This document shows, one piece after another, positions 34,250-43,008 of a stretch of DNA of 64,000 nt. The stretch covers positions 73,070 to 137,069 of the forward strand of contig CAVTYO010000017.1 in NCBI GenBank assembly GCA_963738915.1, read 5' to 3'. Each line of letters begins with the position of its first letter. The first letter of the stretch is position 1. This DNA comes from an uncultured Alphaproteobacteria bacterium. GTDB lineage: Bacteria; Pseudomonadota; Alphaproteobacteria; Rhizobiales; Xanthobacteraceae. The translations under genes and the position numbers were made by a program. The notes under the pieces were generated by a model, which saw nothing but the letters and a program-made list of their open reading frames with translations, was not told the origin of the DNA and made no database searches.

Positions 34250-34756
34250 TCACTTCTTCTTACCTTTTGTGGGCGACTTAGCAGGCTTTTTTGCGGCCGG
34301 CTTTTTCGCCCCGGTTTTGCCCCTGGTCTTGGCCTTGCTCTTGGCCGGGCTGGCCTTAGTCCCGCCTTCCGCCGCTGCTTCGGCCGCGGTTTCGGCCTTG
34401 GGTTCGCGCTTGGGCCGTGGCTTTGCCTCTTTCGAGGGCTTGGCGCCGCCAGTCAGGATTTCGGTAATGCGGATCACCGAGAATTCGTGCCGGTAACCGC
34501 GCTTGCGGCGCGAATTCTGGCGCCGGCGCTTCTTGAAGGCGATGACCTTGTCGCCGCGAGTGTGCTGGAGCACCTCGCCGGCAACCGTCGCGCCGGCAAC
34601 CGCCGGGGTGCCGATCTGCGGAGTATCGCCGCCCACCACCAGCACCTCGCCGAATTCGACGATTTCGCCGGGCTGACTGCTGACGCGGTCAATCCGGATA
34701 ATGTCCTCGGGGGCAACGCGGTATTGTTTGCCGCCGGTTTTGATGACTGCGAACAT
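34250..34756 (-). CDS. rplU: 50S ribosomal protein L21 with Lys/Ala-rich C-terminal extension
   Basis: MFAVIKTGGKQYRV..KKRRRQNSRRKRGYR is canonical L21. A ~65-aa tail follows (..KSKAKTRGKTGAKKPAAKKPAKSPTKGKKK). Confidence 0.93.
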   Translation of the reverse strand: MFAVIKTGGKQYRVAPEDIIRIDRVSSQPGEIVEFGEVLVVGGDTPQIGTPAVAGATVAGEVLQHTRGDKVIAFKKRRRQNSRRKRGYRHEFSVIRITEILTGGAKPSKEAKPRPKREPKAETAAEAAAEGGTKASPAKSKAKTRGKTGAKKPAAKKPAKSPTKGKKK

Positions 34757-34962
34757 CATTCTTTCCTTCGTGTTCGACCCCGGCGCTCGGAGATATCCGG
34801 ACCGGCTTCTTTCAGTCGGATTGCTGTGTGTTTTGAGGGACTTGAATGCCCTCGAAAAAACGCACGGAGCCCTGAGGCCCCGCGATTGCGGGAAGCTTAT
34901 GGCGGGGAAGGGCGTCGGCTGTCAAGAAAGCCACGCGGAGCCCCCGCACCCCAAATTCGGGG

Positions 34963-35715
34963 CTAGCCCTCGGTCTTGGCGTCGGCCTCTGCGCCCGCCA
35001 GATGGCCATTGTCCGCTTCCGCGCCCGACTGCGCCAGCCGGTAGCCGACGCCCAGTTCGGTGACCAGAATGCGCGGCGAATCCGGGTGCGGCTCGATCTT
35101 CTGCCGCAGCTTGCGCACGAAAATGCGCAGGTAATGCGTGTCGTGCACGTGGATCGAGCCCCACACTTCCTTAAGCAGGTGCTGGTGGGTGACGACGTTG
35201 CCGGCGTGCTGCGCGAGAACCTGCAGCAGCCGGTACTCCTTCGGCGTCAGCGAAAGGCGCGCGTCATTAAGCATCACCGCGCGGGTGGCAAGGTCGATGG
35301 TCAAAGGACCCGCCGTGACCTTCGGCTCTCCGCTTGCCGCACGCATCTGCCGCCGCAGCGCCACGCGCACGCGAGCCAGCAACTCGGCCATGCCGAACGG
35401 CTTGACCACGTAATCGTCGGCGCCGAGCTCGAGCAAATGCACCTTTTGCGCTTCGGTGCTGCGCACCGAAAGCACGATGATCGGCACCGTCGACCACGAG
35501 CGGAGGCGCTCGACAACCTCGGAACCGTCCATGTCGGGAAGGCCGAGGTCGACGAGGACAAGATCGATCGGCCGCAGCGTTGCCGAGCGGATGGCCTCGG
35601 CGCCGGTACCGGCTTCATGCACGACAAAGCCATTTAGCTCGAAACCGGCGCGCAGGAAGCGCCGGATCTGGATCTCGTCGTCAACGACCAGGACAATCGG
35701 GGATGACTCACTCAT
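34963..35715 (-). CDS. OmpR-family response regulator, KdpE-like
   Basis: Receiver domain (IVLVVDDE..DLVLVDLGLPDMDG..DDYVVKPF) plus winged-helix domain (LTPKEYRLLQVLAQHAG..LRKKIE). ATG 35715 is preferred over TTG 35730. Confidence 0.85.
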   Translation of the reverse strand: MSESSPIVLVVDDEIQIRRFLRAGFELNGFVVHEAGTGAEAIRSATLRPIDLVLVDLGLPDMDGSEVVERLRSWSTVPIIVLSVRSTEAQKVHLLELGADDYVVKPFGMAELLARVRVALRRQMRAASGEPKVTAGPLTIDLATRAVMLNDARLSLTPKEYRLLQVLAQHAGNVVTHQHLLKEVWGSIHVHDTHYLRIFVRKLRQKIEPHPDSPRILVTELGVGYRLAQSGAEADNGHLAGAEADAKTEG

Positions 35716-37252
35716 CGGCGTCGCCTTCAAATTGTGACACGGTGGCTTGCGTTACTGGCAGTTCAATCACCAGCGTGGTGCCGAGGCCGGGACCGTCGCT
35801 GACTGCACTCATCTTGCCGTCATTTGCGGCGACAAAGGCGCTGGCGATCCAGAGCCCGAGCCCGGAGCCGCTGGTGGTCGCGCTATGGCGGTCGCCACGA
35901 ACGAAGCGTTCCCACATTTTCTCCTGTTCGCTGGCGGTCAAACCGGCGCCTTCGTCACTCACACTGAGCATGATGCGGCCGTCGCGGGCGCGGGCGGCGA
36001 CCTTGATCGCGGAGCCCGATGGCGAATACTTCACCGCGTTGTCGAAGATCTGCACCAGCGCCTGCTGCACCAGCACCGAATCGACATGGATCAGCGGCAG
36101 GTCGCGCGGCAGATTGATCGCGACGCGGCGGTCGCCGATGCGGCGGCGGCAGCGCTCGATCGCGGAATTTACGATGTCGGCGGGATCCGCCCATTCCATG
36201 TGCGGATTGATGCCGTCGCTGGAGATGCGGGTGGCGTCGAGAAGATTCTGGATATCATTATTAAGACGCTCGGCCTCGTCACGCACGCCGTGCACCAGCG
36301 CGCGCAGCTTCTTTTCATTGGCGAGCGCAGGCGCGGCGCTGAGCACGCTGGCCGCGCCGAGGATCGATGCAAGCGGCGTGCGCAGCTCGTGCGACACCGA
36401 GCCAATGAGCGCCTCGCGCAGCTGGTCGGTTTGCGCCCGCATGCGCGCCTCGCTGATCGCGTGAGCGACGCCGAGCCGGTCGAGCGTTGCGGTCGCGTCA
36501 CTGAGTACGCTATCGACGCGGACGCGCAGTTCGTTGGCGCCTTCTTTCGAAACCTTGCCGAGATTGATGGCGATGACGCCGAACTCTGCGCTCTTGGCGG
36601 AAACCGCGCGCACTAGCCAGACTTCGTCGCCGACCGTGATCGTGGCGCTCGCGGCGGAATCCTGGCTGGCCAGGGCGACCTCGGCGATCTTTGAGCGTAC
36701 CGGCTCCGGTACACCGCTGCGGCGCGTGCTGTCGCGGACGCCGGCAAAAAGCACGACCTTGCGCTGCATCACCGAAGCAAGATGGTCCTCGATCGCGGCA
36801 TGGATGTCGTTTACATCGAAAGCCATCGCCAGCCGGCGCGAGAAAGCATACAGGTCGCGCATGTCGATCTCGCGCTGCCGCGTCATCTCGAGCTGACGGC
36901 TGAGCTTGTTGGCGAGCTGGCTTATCACCACCGCGACGAAGATAAAGAGCGCGAGGTTGACCACCTCGTGCGGGTCGGTGACGCGGAAACTGTAAAGCGG
37001 CTCGTAAAAGAAGAACGCTGAAGCGGCGACGCCAAAAAAGGCGGCGACCACCGCCGAAACGATGCCCCAGCGGCTGGCGGCGATGACCACGGGTATCAGG
37101 TACATCGCCGAACCGTGCCGCATTCCGGTGGCGGATACCAAAAGGTAGACGCCGCCGGTCGCTATTGCGATCAGGCAGAGTGTCAGAAAGACACCGCGCG
37201 CATCTTTGCGAAAGCGAGCAGAATTCAATGCAAGGGGCATCTCTCGGGGCAT
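35708..37252 (-). CDS. Sensor histidine kinase resembling the C-terminal half of KdpD (DUF4118 membrane domain, GAF-like, HisKA, HATPase_c)
   Basis: H-box SHELRTPLASILG plus N/G boxes. It lacks the N-terminal KdpD/Usp domains. The ORF extends to 37417 but would overlap tRNA-Ser, so the start is placed at ATG 37252 (or 37240). Confidence 0.8.
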   Translation of the reverse strand: MPREMPLALNSARFRKDARGVFLTLCLIAIATGGVYLLVSATGMRHGSAMYLIPVVIAASRWGIVSAVVAAFFGVAASAFFFYEPLYSFRVTDPHEVVNLALFIFVAVVISQLANKLSRQLEMTRQREIDMRDLYAFSRRLAMAFDVNDIHAAIEDHLASVMQRKVVLFAGVRDSTRRSGVPEPVRSKIAEVALASQDSAASATITVGDEVWLVRAVSAKSAEFGVIAINLGKVSKEGANELRVRVDSVLSDATATLDRLGVAHAISEARMRAQTDQLREALIGSVSHELRTPLASILGAASVLSAAPALANEKKLRALVHGVRDEAERLNNDIQNLLDATRISSDGINPHMEWADPADIVNSAIERCRRRIGDRRVAINLPRDLPLIHVDSVLVQQALVQIFDNAVKYSPSGSAIKVAARARDGRIMLSVSDEGAGLTASEQEKMWERFVRGDRHSATTSGSGLGLWIASAFVAANDGKMSAVSDGPGLGTTLVIELPVTQATVSQFEGDADE

Positions 37253-37370
37253 CCGCGCTGGCGCTGTGTCAAAGGCGCGACAATATACGCCGGGGCGCCC
37301 TTGTCTGCCATGGCTTGCTTGGCTAGATAGCCCCATCCGAAGCGGGTGATTTACGGCCTTTTTCGGCTCC

Positions 37371-37460
37371 GGAGAGGTGGCTGAGCGGTTGAAAGCACCG
37401 CACTCGAAATGCGGCATACGGGCAACCGTATCGGGGGTTCGAATCCCTCCCTCTCCGCCA
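37371..37460 (+). tRNA. tRNA-Ser (anticodon CGA)
   Basis: A 90-nt cloverleaf folded by eye: acceptor GGAGAGG/CCTCTCC, anticodon stem CCGCA/TGCGG with loop CTCGAAA, long variable arm, T-loop GGTTCGAATCC, encoded CCA. Confidence 0.92.
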
Positions 37461-37473
37461 TTAACTCTATTAG

Positions 37474-38520
37474 CTAATGTTTTGGCGCGTTAAACTCGCC
37501 GCCTTCCATCTCGATATAGATGCGATAGGCGTTGCCGCGGTTGTTGGCGTCGAAGGCCGGCAGCTTGTCGTACTTCGACCAATCGGTCTGCCGGTAGGCG
37601 ACGTCAAAATCGGTCCAATTTTGCACGACGGCGCCAATGGCGGCACGTACATCACGGCGGCGCCCATGGCGGCAGCGTACATATTGTATGTAGTCGCGGG
37701 TGAAGGCGATTGCGTCCTCGGCGGCGGTCGACGGCCGCCAATGGCCGGGAATGATGAATTTGGGATCGAGCTTCTCCACTTCCGACAAAGCTGCAAGCCA
37801 TTGCCCGGTATTAACGTCGTCGCTGTTCATGTGCGGGATGCGCCCGTTCTGCACGATGTCGCCGGCAAACAGCACGCCGTCGGGCTCGACCATCATCATG
37901 ATGTCGCTCGCCGAGTGCGCGGGGCCGGCGTAGATGAGCTTGAAGCGCCGGCCGCCGAGCGTCAGCGTCATGCGGTGATTGAAGGTCACATCCGGCGGCA
38001 CGACACGGGTATTCTCGTTGACCCACGGCGCCAGCGCCTGCCGCCGTTGTTCTAGCCGCTGGCTGGAACGCTCATCGGCGGTCTCCTCGTTTTCTTCCTT
38101 GTATTCGCGGGCACGGTCCTGGGCGATGATGATGGTGTCGCTATAGTCGCGGAACGCCTGCAGCCCGTAGATGTGGTCGGCGTGGTAGTGGCTGACGACG
38201 TAATAGCGGATGGGCGCGTCGGTGCGCTGGCGGATGTCCTGCAGCATCGCCAGGCCGAGGCTCGGCGTCCCCAGCGCGTCGAACACCACCACGCCGGCGG
38301 AGGTGACGACATAGCCCGCGTTTGAGGTGTGGCCCTCGTTCGCCAGCGACGGCACGCCGGGTTTGCCGACGGTGTAATAGACCGGGGCTCCCGGCACCTG
38401 CTCGAAAACAATCGGGTCGTCGAGTGGCGGATAGTCCTGCGCCGAGGCCGGCGCGGCGAATGCGAGCCACGCCGACAGCAGCGTGAACAGCAGCGATTTG
38501 CTCTGGACCGGGGTACACAT
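37474..38520 (-). CDS. Exported MBL-fold metallo-hydrolase, SoxH-like
   Basis: Signal peptide and the HxHxDH motif (VVSHYHADHIYG). It is divergent from soxC, separated by only 48 nt. Confidence 0.75.
   Translation of the reverse strand: MCTPVQSKSLLFTLLSAWLAFAAPASAQDYPPLDDPIVFEQVPGAPVYYTVGKPGVPSLANEGHTSNAGYVVTSAGVVVFDALGTPSLGLAMLQDIRQRTDAPIRYYVVSHYHADHIYGLQAFRDYSDTIIIAQDRAREYKEENEETADERSSQRLEQRRQALAPWVNENTRVVPPDVTFNHRMTLTLGGRRFKLIYAGPAHSASDIMMMVEPDGVLFAGDIVQNGRIPHMNSDDVNTGQWLAALSEVEKLDPKFIIPGHWRPSTAAEDAIAFTRDYIQYVRCRHGRRRDVRAAIGAVVQNWTDFDVAYRQTDWSKYDKLPAFDANNRGNAYRIYIEMEGGEFNAPKH
37621..37680. repeat. Imperfect 2 x ~29/30-nt tandem duplication inside the soxH-like gene
   Basis: 37621..37650 (ttgcacgacggcgccaatggcggcacgtac) and 37651..37680 (atcacggcggcgcccatggcggcagcgtac) align with 2 mismatches and 1 indel over 28 nt. 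Confidence 0.8.
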
Positions 38521-38568
38521 TCAAGTCATTATATATGTGCAGGCCGCCCAGAGAGGCCCCAAGAGAGA
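38521..38568. promoter_or_regulatory. Short divergent control region between soxH-like and soxC
   Basis: A 48-nt gap containing the most A/T-rich stretch of the locus (tcattatatatgtgc). Promoter elements were not resolved. Confidence 0.3.
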
Positions 38569-39864
38569 ATGACGACAAAAAGGATTCTACCGGCAAACTC
38601 GTCGACATTTGGACCGGACGGCGCGGCCGCCGGGCGCCGTCAATTCCTGGCGCTGGGCGCCGGGCTCGCCGGCGGAGCGCTGTTTGGCCGCAAGGCGCTT
38701 GCCGCCGACACGTTCCCGCCGAACGATCCGGAATGGTCGCAGTTGCTCGGTCCCGGCGTGGTCGACCGTCCCTATGGCCAGCCCTCCGAGTTCGTCAAGG
38801 ATGTCATCCGGCGCAACGTGCCGTGGCTCACCGCGACGCCGGAATCCTCGGTGAGCTTTACGCCGCTGCAGGATCAGCCCGGCATCATCACCGCCAACGG
38901 ACTGTTCTTCGAGCGCTATCACGGCGGCCGCGCCACCGTCGATCCGGCGCAGCACAAGCTGATGATCCACGGCCTGGTCGAGCGGCCACTGCTGCTGACC
39001 ATGGACGACATCAAGCGCTTCCCCTCGGTGTCGCGCATCCACTTCATCGAATGTCCGGCAAATGGCGGCATGGAGTGGCGCGCGGCGCAGCTCAATTCGC
39101 TGCAATTTACCCACGGCATGGTGAGCTGCGCCGAATGGACCGGCGTCAGGCTCTCGACGCTGCTGGAAGAAGTCGGGCTGAAGAAAGACGCCAAGTGGGC
39201 GCTGGTCGAGGGCGCGGACGCCGCGCACATGGACCGCAGCCTGCCGATTGAGAAATGCCTCGACGACTGCCTTGTTGTTTACGGGCAGAACGGCGAGGCG
39301 TTGCGGCCGGAGCAGGGCTTCCCGCTGCGGCTCATCGTTCCGGGCTGGCAGGGCAATGTAAACATCAAGTGGCTGCGCCGCATCCAGATCGGTGACAAAC
39401 CCTGGTTCACGCGCGAGGAGACTGCGAAATATACCGAGCTGATGGCCGACGGGATGGTGCGCGGCTTCACCTGGCTGATCTACGCCAAATCGGTGATTAC
39501 CTTCCCCTGTCCGGAAAAGCCGCTGCGCGGCGCGGGCATATATGAAATGCGCGGCTTTGCCTGGTCGGGCAAGGGCCGCATCAGCCACGTCGATATTTCC
39601 ACCGATGGCGGCGTCAACTGGCAGCGCGCGCAGTTGCAGGAGCCGGTGCTGCCCAAGGCGCTCACGCGCTTCACGCACGAATGGCGCTGGGACGGCAAGC
39701 CAGCGCTGCTGCAATCGCGCGCCGTCGACGAGACCGGCTTCGTGCAGCCGACCATCGCCGAGTTGCGCGCGGTGCGCGGCATCAACGGCATCTACAACAA
39801 CAACTCGATCCAGACCTGGCAGGTGAAGGTGGACGGGAGCATCTACGATGTCCAGCTTTCATAA
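38569..39864 (+). CDS. soxC: Sulfane dehydrogenase molybdopterin subunit SoxC
   Basis: Tat signal (GRRQFLALGAG) and a sulfite-oxidase-family Moco domain (FFERYHGG..HFIECPANG..GFPLRLIVPGWQGNVNIKWLRRI). Confidence 0.9.
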   Translation: MTTKRILPANSSTFGPDGAAAGRRQFLALGAGLAGGALFGRKALAADTFPPNDPEWSQLLGPGVVDRPYGQPSEFVKDVIRRNVPWLTATPESSVSFTPLQDQPGIITANGLFFERYHGGRATVDPAQHKLMIHGLVERPLLLTMDDIKRFPSVSRIHFIECPANGGMEWRAAQLNSLQFTHGMVSCAEWTGVRLSTLLEEVGLKKDAKWALVEGADAAHMDRSLPIEKCLDDCLVVYGQNGEALRPEQGFPLRLIVPGWQGNVNIKWLRRIQIGDKPWFTREETAKYTELMADGMVRGFTWLIYAKSVITFPCPEKPLRGAGIYEMRGFAWSGKGRISHVDISTDGGVNWQRAQLQEPVLPKALTRFTHEWRWDGKPALLQSRAVDETGFVQPTIAELRAVRGINGIYNNNSIQTWQVKVDGSIYDVQLS

Positions 39865-40510
39865 ATTTGCCCTTGCCGGGCTCGCCGCGCTGCTGGCCGC
39901 GGGCGTCTCTGCCGGCGAGCAGCGTGTTGGCCACTACGGTTTCGGCACGACGCCGACTAAAGCCGAGATCGATGGCTGGTCGATCGCGGTGCGCCCCGAT
40001 GGCGAAGGCTTGCCGCCCGGCAGCGGCAGCGTCGCTCAGGGCGCCGAGGTCTATATCGCGCAGTGCGCGGCCTGCCACGGCACCTTTGGCGAAGGCGAAA
40101 CGCGCTATCCCAAACTTGCCGGCGGCTCGCTCAAGGGCGAACGTCCGGAGCCGACGGTCGGCAATTACTGGCCTTTCGCCACGACATTGTGGGACTATAT
40201 CAATCGCGCGATGCCGTTTTCGTCTCCGCACGCATTAAATGCTGATGAAGTCTACGCCATGACCGCTTACATTCTCAACGTGAACGATATCGTAGGAAAT
40301 AATTTCGTTGCGGACCGCGGCAGTTTGCCTAAAGTCAAAATGCCCAATCACGATCGCTTCATTTGGCTGGATCCGCGGCCCGATACGTTTGCTAAAGAGT
40401 GCATGACGGACTGCCTCGATCCGAAAAAAATCAAAATCGAATCGACGGCGGAAGGAAACGGACTGACGCCGCGCACCACCGGGCCGCTCGACGACATGCA
40501 GCCGAAATAA
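39848..40510 (+). CDS. soxD: Cytochrome c subunit SoxD (short, single CxxCH)
   Basis: It overlaps the soxC end by 17 nt. It has a signal peptide and one heme motif, CAACH. The 3' part is visibly more A/T-rich. Confidence 0.8.
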   Translation: MSSFHKFALAGLAALLAAGVSAGEQRVGHYGFGTTPTKAEIDGWSIAVRPDGEGLPPGSGSVAQGAEVYIAQCAACHGTFGEGETRYPKLAGGSLKGERPEPTVGNYWPFATTLWDYINRAMPFSSPHALNADEVYAMTAYILNVNDIVGNNFVADRGSLPKVKMPNHDRFIWLDPRPDTFAKECMTDCLDPKKIKIESTAEGNGLTPRTTGPLDDMQPK

Positions 40511-40551
40511 GCGGAAGAAAGAAAAAGAGATAAATTCGCGGGGAGGATCAG

Positions 40552-40914
40552 GTGATGGGATTGAGACGGTGCATTTTGTTGCCGGCGCTTGTTGCCGGCG
40601 CTGTCATTGGCGCGTTTGTCCTCGCCCCAGCTGCCATAGCGGCCGGTTCGCTTGACGGCAAGAAACTCGCCTTCGATCGCAGCAAGGGCAATTGCCTTAC
40701 CTGCCACGAGATCAAGGGTGGCGACGACCCGGGCAATGTCGCGCCGCCGCTCGCCGACATGAAGGCGCGATTTCCGGACCGCAAGGAACTCGTCGCCGTG
40801 ATCTCCGACGAAACCAAGCGCAATCCGCAGTCGGTAATGCCGCCGTTCAAGCGCAACCTCATCCTGACCGACCCGGAAATCGAAGCCATCGTCGATTTTC
40901 TCTACACCCAGTAG
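40552..40914 (+). CDS. soxX: Monoheme cytochrome c SoxX
   Basis: Signal peptide, CLTCH heme motif and MPPF. GGGAGG lies at 40541-40546. The start is either GTG 40552 or ATG 40555. Confidence 0.85.
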   Translation: MMGLRRCILLPALVAGAVIGAFVLAPAAIAAGSLDGKKLAFDRSKGNCLTCHEIKGGDDPGNVAPPLADMKARFPDRKELVAVISDETKRNPQSVMPPFKRNLILTDPEIEAIVDFLYTQ

Positions 40915-40930
40915 CTCTGGAGCAACGCCA

Positions 40931-41425
40931 ATGACTGTTTCGCCGGATGCGCGCAATTCGACGCGGCGCACCATTCTCAAGGCCGCCGTCGCCGGCAGTC
41001 TTGCCGGGTTCGGCCTCGGCAGCTTCCCATTCCCGGCCTTCGCCGATGCCGACCCCAAGGGCTGGCCGGGGGACGCCTTCAAGCTGAAGAGCGAGGCCGA
41101 GACGCTCAAGGCGCTCTACGGCAAGTCGGCCGAGGCGTCCGACAAAGTAAGCCTCGACGTGCCAGAGATCGCGGAGAACGGCGCAGTCGTGCCGGTCGCC
41201 GTCACCAGTGCGCTGCCGGGCATAACCGGCATTGCCATTCTGGTGCTGGAAAATCCGAACGTGCTCGCCTGCGCCTACAAGATCCCGGACGGCACCATGC
41301 CGGCGGTGGCGAGCCGGCTGAAAATGGCCAAGACCAGCAAGGTCGTCGCCGTCGTCGAGTCGGGCGGCAAGCTCTACAGCGCCACCAAGGAAGTCAAAGT
41401 CACCGTCGGCGGCTGCGGCGGCTGA
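40931..41425 (+). CDS. soxY: Sulfur carrier protein SoxY
   Basis: Tat signal (TRRTILKAAVAG) and the diagnostic C-terminal VTVGGCGG. Confidence 0.93.
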   Translation: MTVSPDARNSTRRTILKAAVAGSLAGFGLGSFPFPAFADADPKGWPGDAFKLKSEAETLKALYGKSAEASDKVSLDVPEIAENGAVVPVAVTSALPGITGIAILVLENPNVLACAYKIPDGTMPAVASRLKMAKTSKVVAVVESGGKLYSATKEVKVTVGGCGG

Positions 41426-41445
41426 CAGCAAAAAGGGTATTGACC

Positions 41446-41757
41446 ATGGCTTCGACAATCCGCGTTCGCGCCGTCGCCAACGGCGACACCACCGAGGTGC
41501 AGTCGCTGATCCAGCATCCGATGGATTCCGGCTTCGTAAAAGATGCCAAGGGCGAGCTGATCCCCCCACACCATATCGAGGTGGTGCAGTTCGAGCACAG
41601 CGGCAAGACCGTGTTCACCGCGCTTTGGGGGCCGGCGGTGTCCAAGGATCCTTATCTCAAATTCAGCTTCAAGGGGGCCAAGAAGGGCGACGACCTCAAA
41701 GTGAGCTGGGTCGACAACAAGGGCGCATCCGATTCATTGACGGCCAAAATTCAATAG
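41446..41757 (+). CDS. soxZ: SoxZ
   Basis: ~103 aa. IQHPMDSGF..IPPHHIE..VSKDPYLKFSF is typical of SoxZ. ATG 41446 is preferred over TTG 41440. Confidence 0.9.
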   Translation: MASTIRVRAVANGDTTEVQSLIQHPMDSGFVKDAKGELIPPHHIEVVQFEHSGKTVFTALWGPAVSKDPYLKFSFKGAKKGDDLKVSWVDNKGASDSLTAKIQ

Positions 41758-41792
41758 GCGGCCGTAAGAGCCGGAACGGGAGGATTTCAAAA

Positions 41793-42635
41793 ATGCTGCG
41801 CAAACTCTTTCTCGCGGTCGTCTTCGTCGCCGGCGCGGCGCAGCCGCTGCTCGCCGACAACGCCGTCAACCCGCAGGCCGACTTCAAGGCATTCCGCAAA
41901 TATTTCACCGAGCGCTTTCCCAAGGTGCCGCTCGACGATTTCGTCAACGGCCCCTATTCGATGGACGATGGCCTGCGCAAGCAGTGGAAGGCGATCGACG
42001 AATTTCCGCCGTATCAGTTCGCAGTCGACAAGGGCAAGGAGATGTTCGAGAAGCCGTTCAAGAACGGCAAGACGTTCGGCGATTGCTTTTCCAACAAGGG
42101 CATCGGCGTCCGCCAGAATTATCCCCTGTTCGATGCCAAGTCGGGTGATGTGATCACGCTCGAGGTGTCGGTCAACAAGTGCCTCGTGGAGAACGGCGAG
42201 AAGCCGCTCGACTACGCCCGCGACGACATGGCCGCGGTCACCGCCTACATGGCCTTCACCTCGCGCGGCAAGCCGTTCGACATCAAGATCCCGGACGATC
42301 CGCGCGCGCTCGCCGCCTACAAGAACGGCGAGGAATATTTCTATACCCGCCGCGGCCAGCTCAACTTCTCCTGCGCCAGTTGCCATGTGCAGAACCCGGG
42401 CAACCACATCCGCACCGAAGTGCTGGCGCCGGCGCTCGGCATCACCGCGGCGCTGCCGATCTATCGCTCGAACTGGGGCGGCATGGGCACGACCACCCGC
42501 CGCCTGCGCACCTGCAACAGCCAGGTCGGCGGCGAGCCGCTGCCGGGCGACGACAAGGACTATCGCGACGTCGAATATTTCCTGTCCTACATGGCGAACG
42601 GGCTGCCGATCTCGGGCCCCGGCGCACGGCCGTAA
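41793..42635 (+). CDS. soxA: SoxA, monoheme type
   Basis: Signal peptide and a single CxxCH (CASCH). The position of the first heme motif of diheme SoxA is degenerate (GDCFSNKG). The conserved RLRTCNSQ Cys is present. Confidence 0.9.
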   Translation: MLRKLFLAVVFVAGAAQPLLADNAVNPQADFKAFRKYFTERFPKVPLDDFVNGPYSMDDGLRKQWKAIDEFPPYQFAVDKGKEMFEKPFKNGKTFGDCFSNKGIGVRQNYPLFDAKSGDVITLEVSVNKCLVENGEKPLDYARDDMAAVTAYMAFTSRGKPFDIKIPDDPRALAAYKNGEEYFYTRRGQLNFSCASCHVQNPGNHIRTEVLAPALGITAALPIYRSNWGGMGTTTRRLRTCNSQVGGEPLPGDDKDYRDVEYFLSYMANGLPISGPGARP

Positions 42636-42660
42636 CCGGCAGAGAACATGGAGAAGTGAC

Positions 42661-42975
42661 ATGCGATTTCGTATTTTGATGCGCCTCGCGGTTGCTGTTT
42701 CGGCCGGCGCGCTGGCGAGCGCGGCGTGGGCTGCATCCGCCGACGACTACAAGGCGGCGCTGGCCAAGGCGGAAGCCGCCGCCATGCAGGCGCACGCGCT
42801 CAAGAACGAATGGACCGCGACAACGGCGGCGCTCAAGGCAGCGAAGGCCGCCGCCGATGCCGGCAAGTTTGACGACGCGGTCAAGGATGCCGAGCACGCG
42901 GAAGAACTCGCCAATGCTTCGGTCGCGCAGGCCAAGGCCGAGGAAAAGCTCTGGCCCGACGCCGTCATCCGCTGA
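42661..42975 (+). CDS. Small exported Ala-rich helical protein in the soxA-soxB gap; candidate SoxK-like SoxAX-binding subunit
   Basis: 104 aa with a signal peptide (..ALASAAWAAS). The only evidence is its position, which matches soxK in soxXYZAKB clusters, plus its size and export signal. Confidence 0.5.
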   Translation: MRFRILMRLAVAVSAGALASAAWAASADDYKAALAKAEAAAMQAHALKNEWTATTAALKAAKAAADAGKFDDAVKDAEHAEELANASVAQAKAEEKLWPDAVIR

Positions 42976-43008
42976 CAGCGGACTAAAAAACGGGATCCTG
43001 AAAACAAG

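Noticed and set aside
37253-37417. An N-terminal 55-residue extension of the histidine-kinase ORF.
   Set aside because: It would overlap the tRNA-Ser gene on the opposite strand, and it has no membrane or domain features. Internal ATGs at 37252 and 37240 give a sensible N-terminus.
37371-38520. A classical tRNA-targeted genomic island carrying the sox genes.
   Set aside because: No integrase, excisionase or transposase is present. I could not find a direct repeat of the tRNA-Ser 3' end downstream by eye. The adjacency is reported only as an observation.
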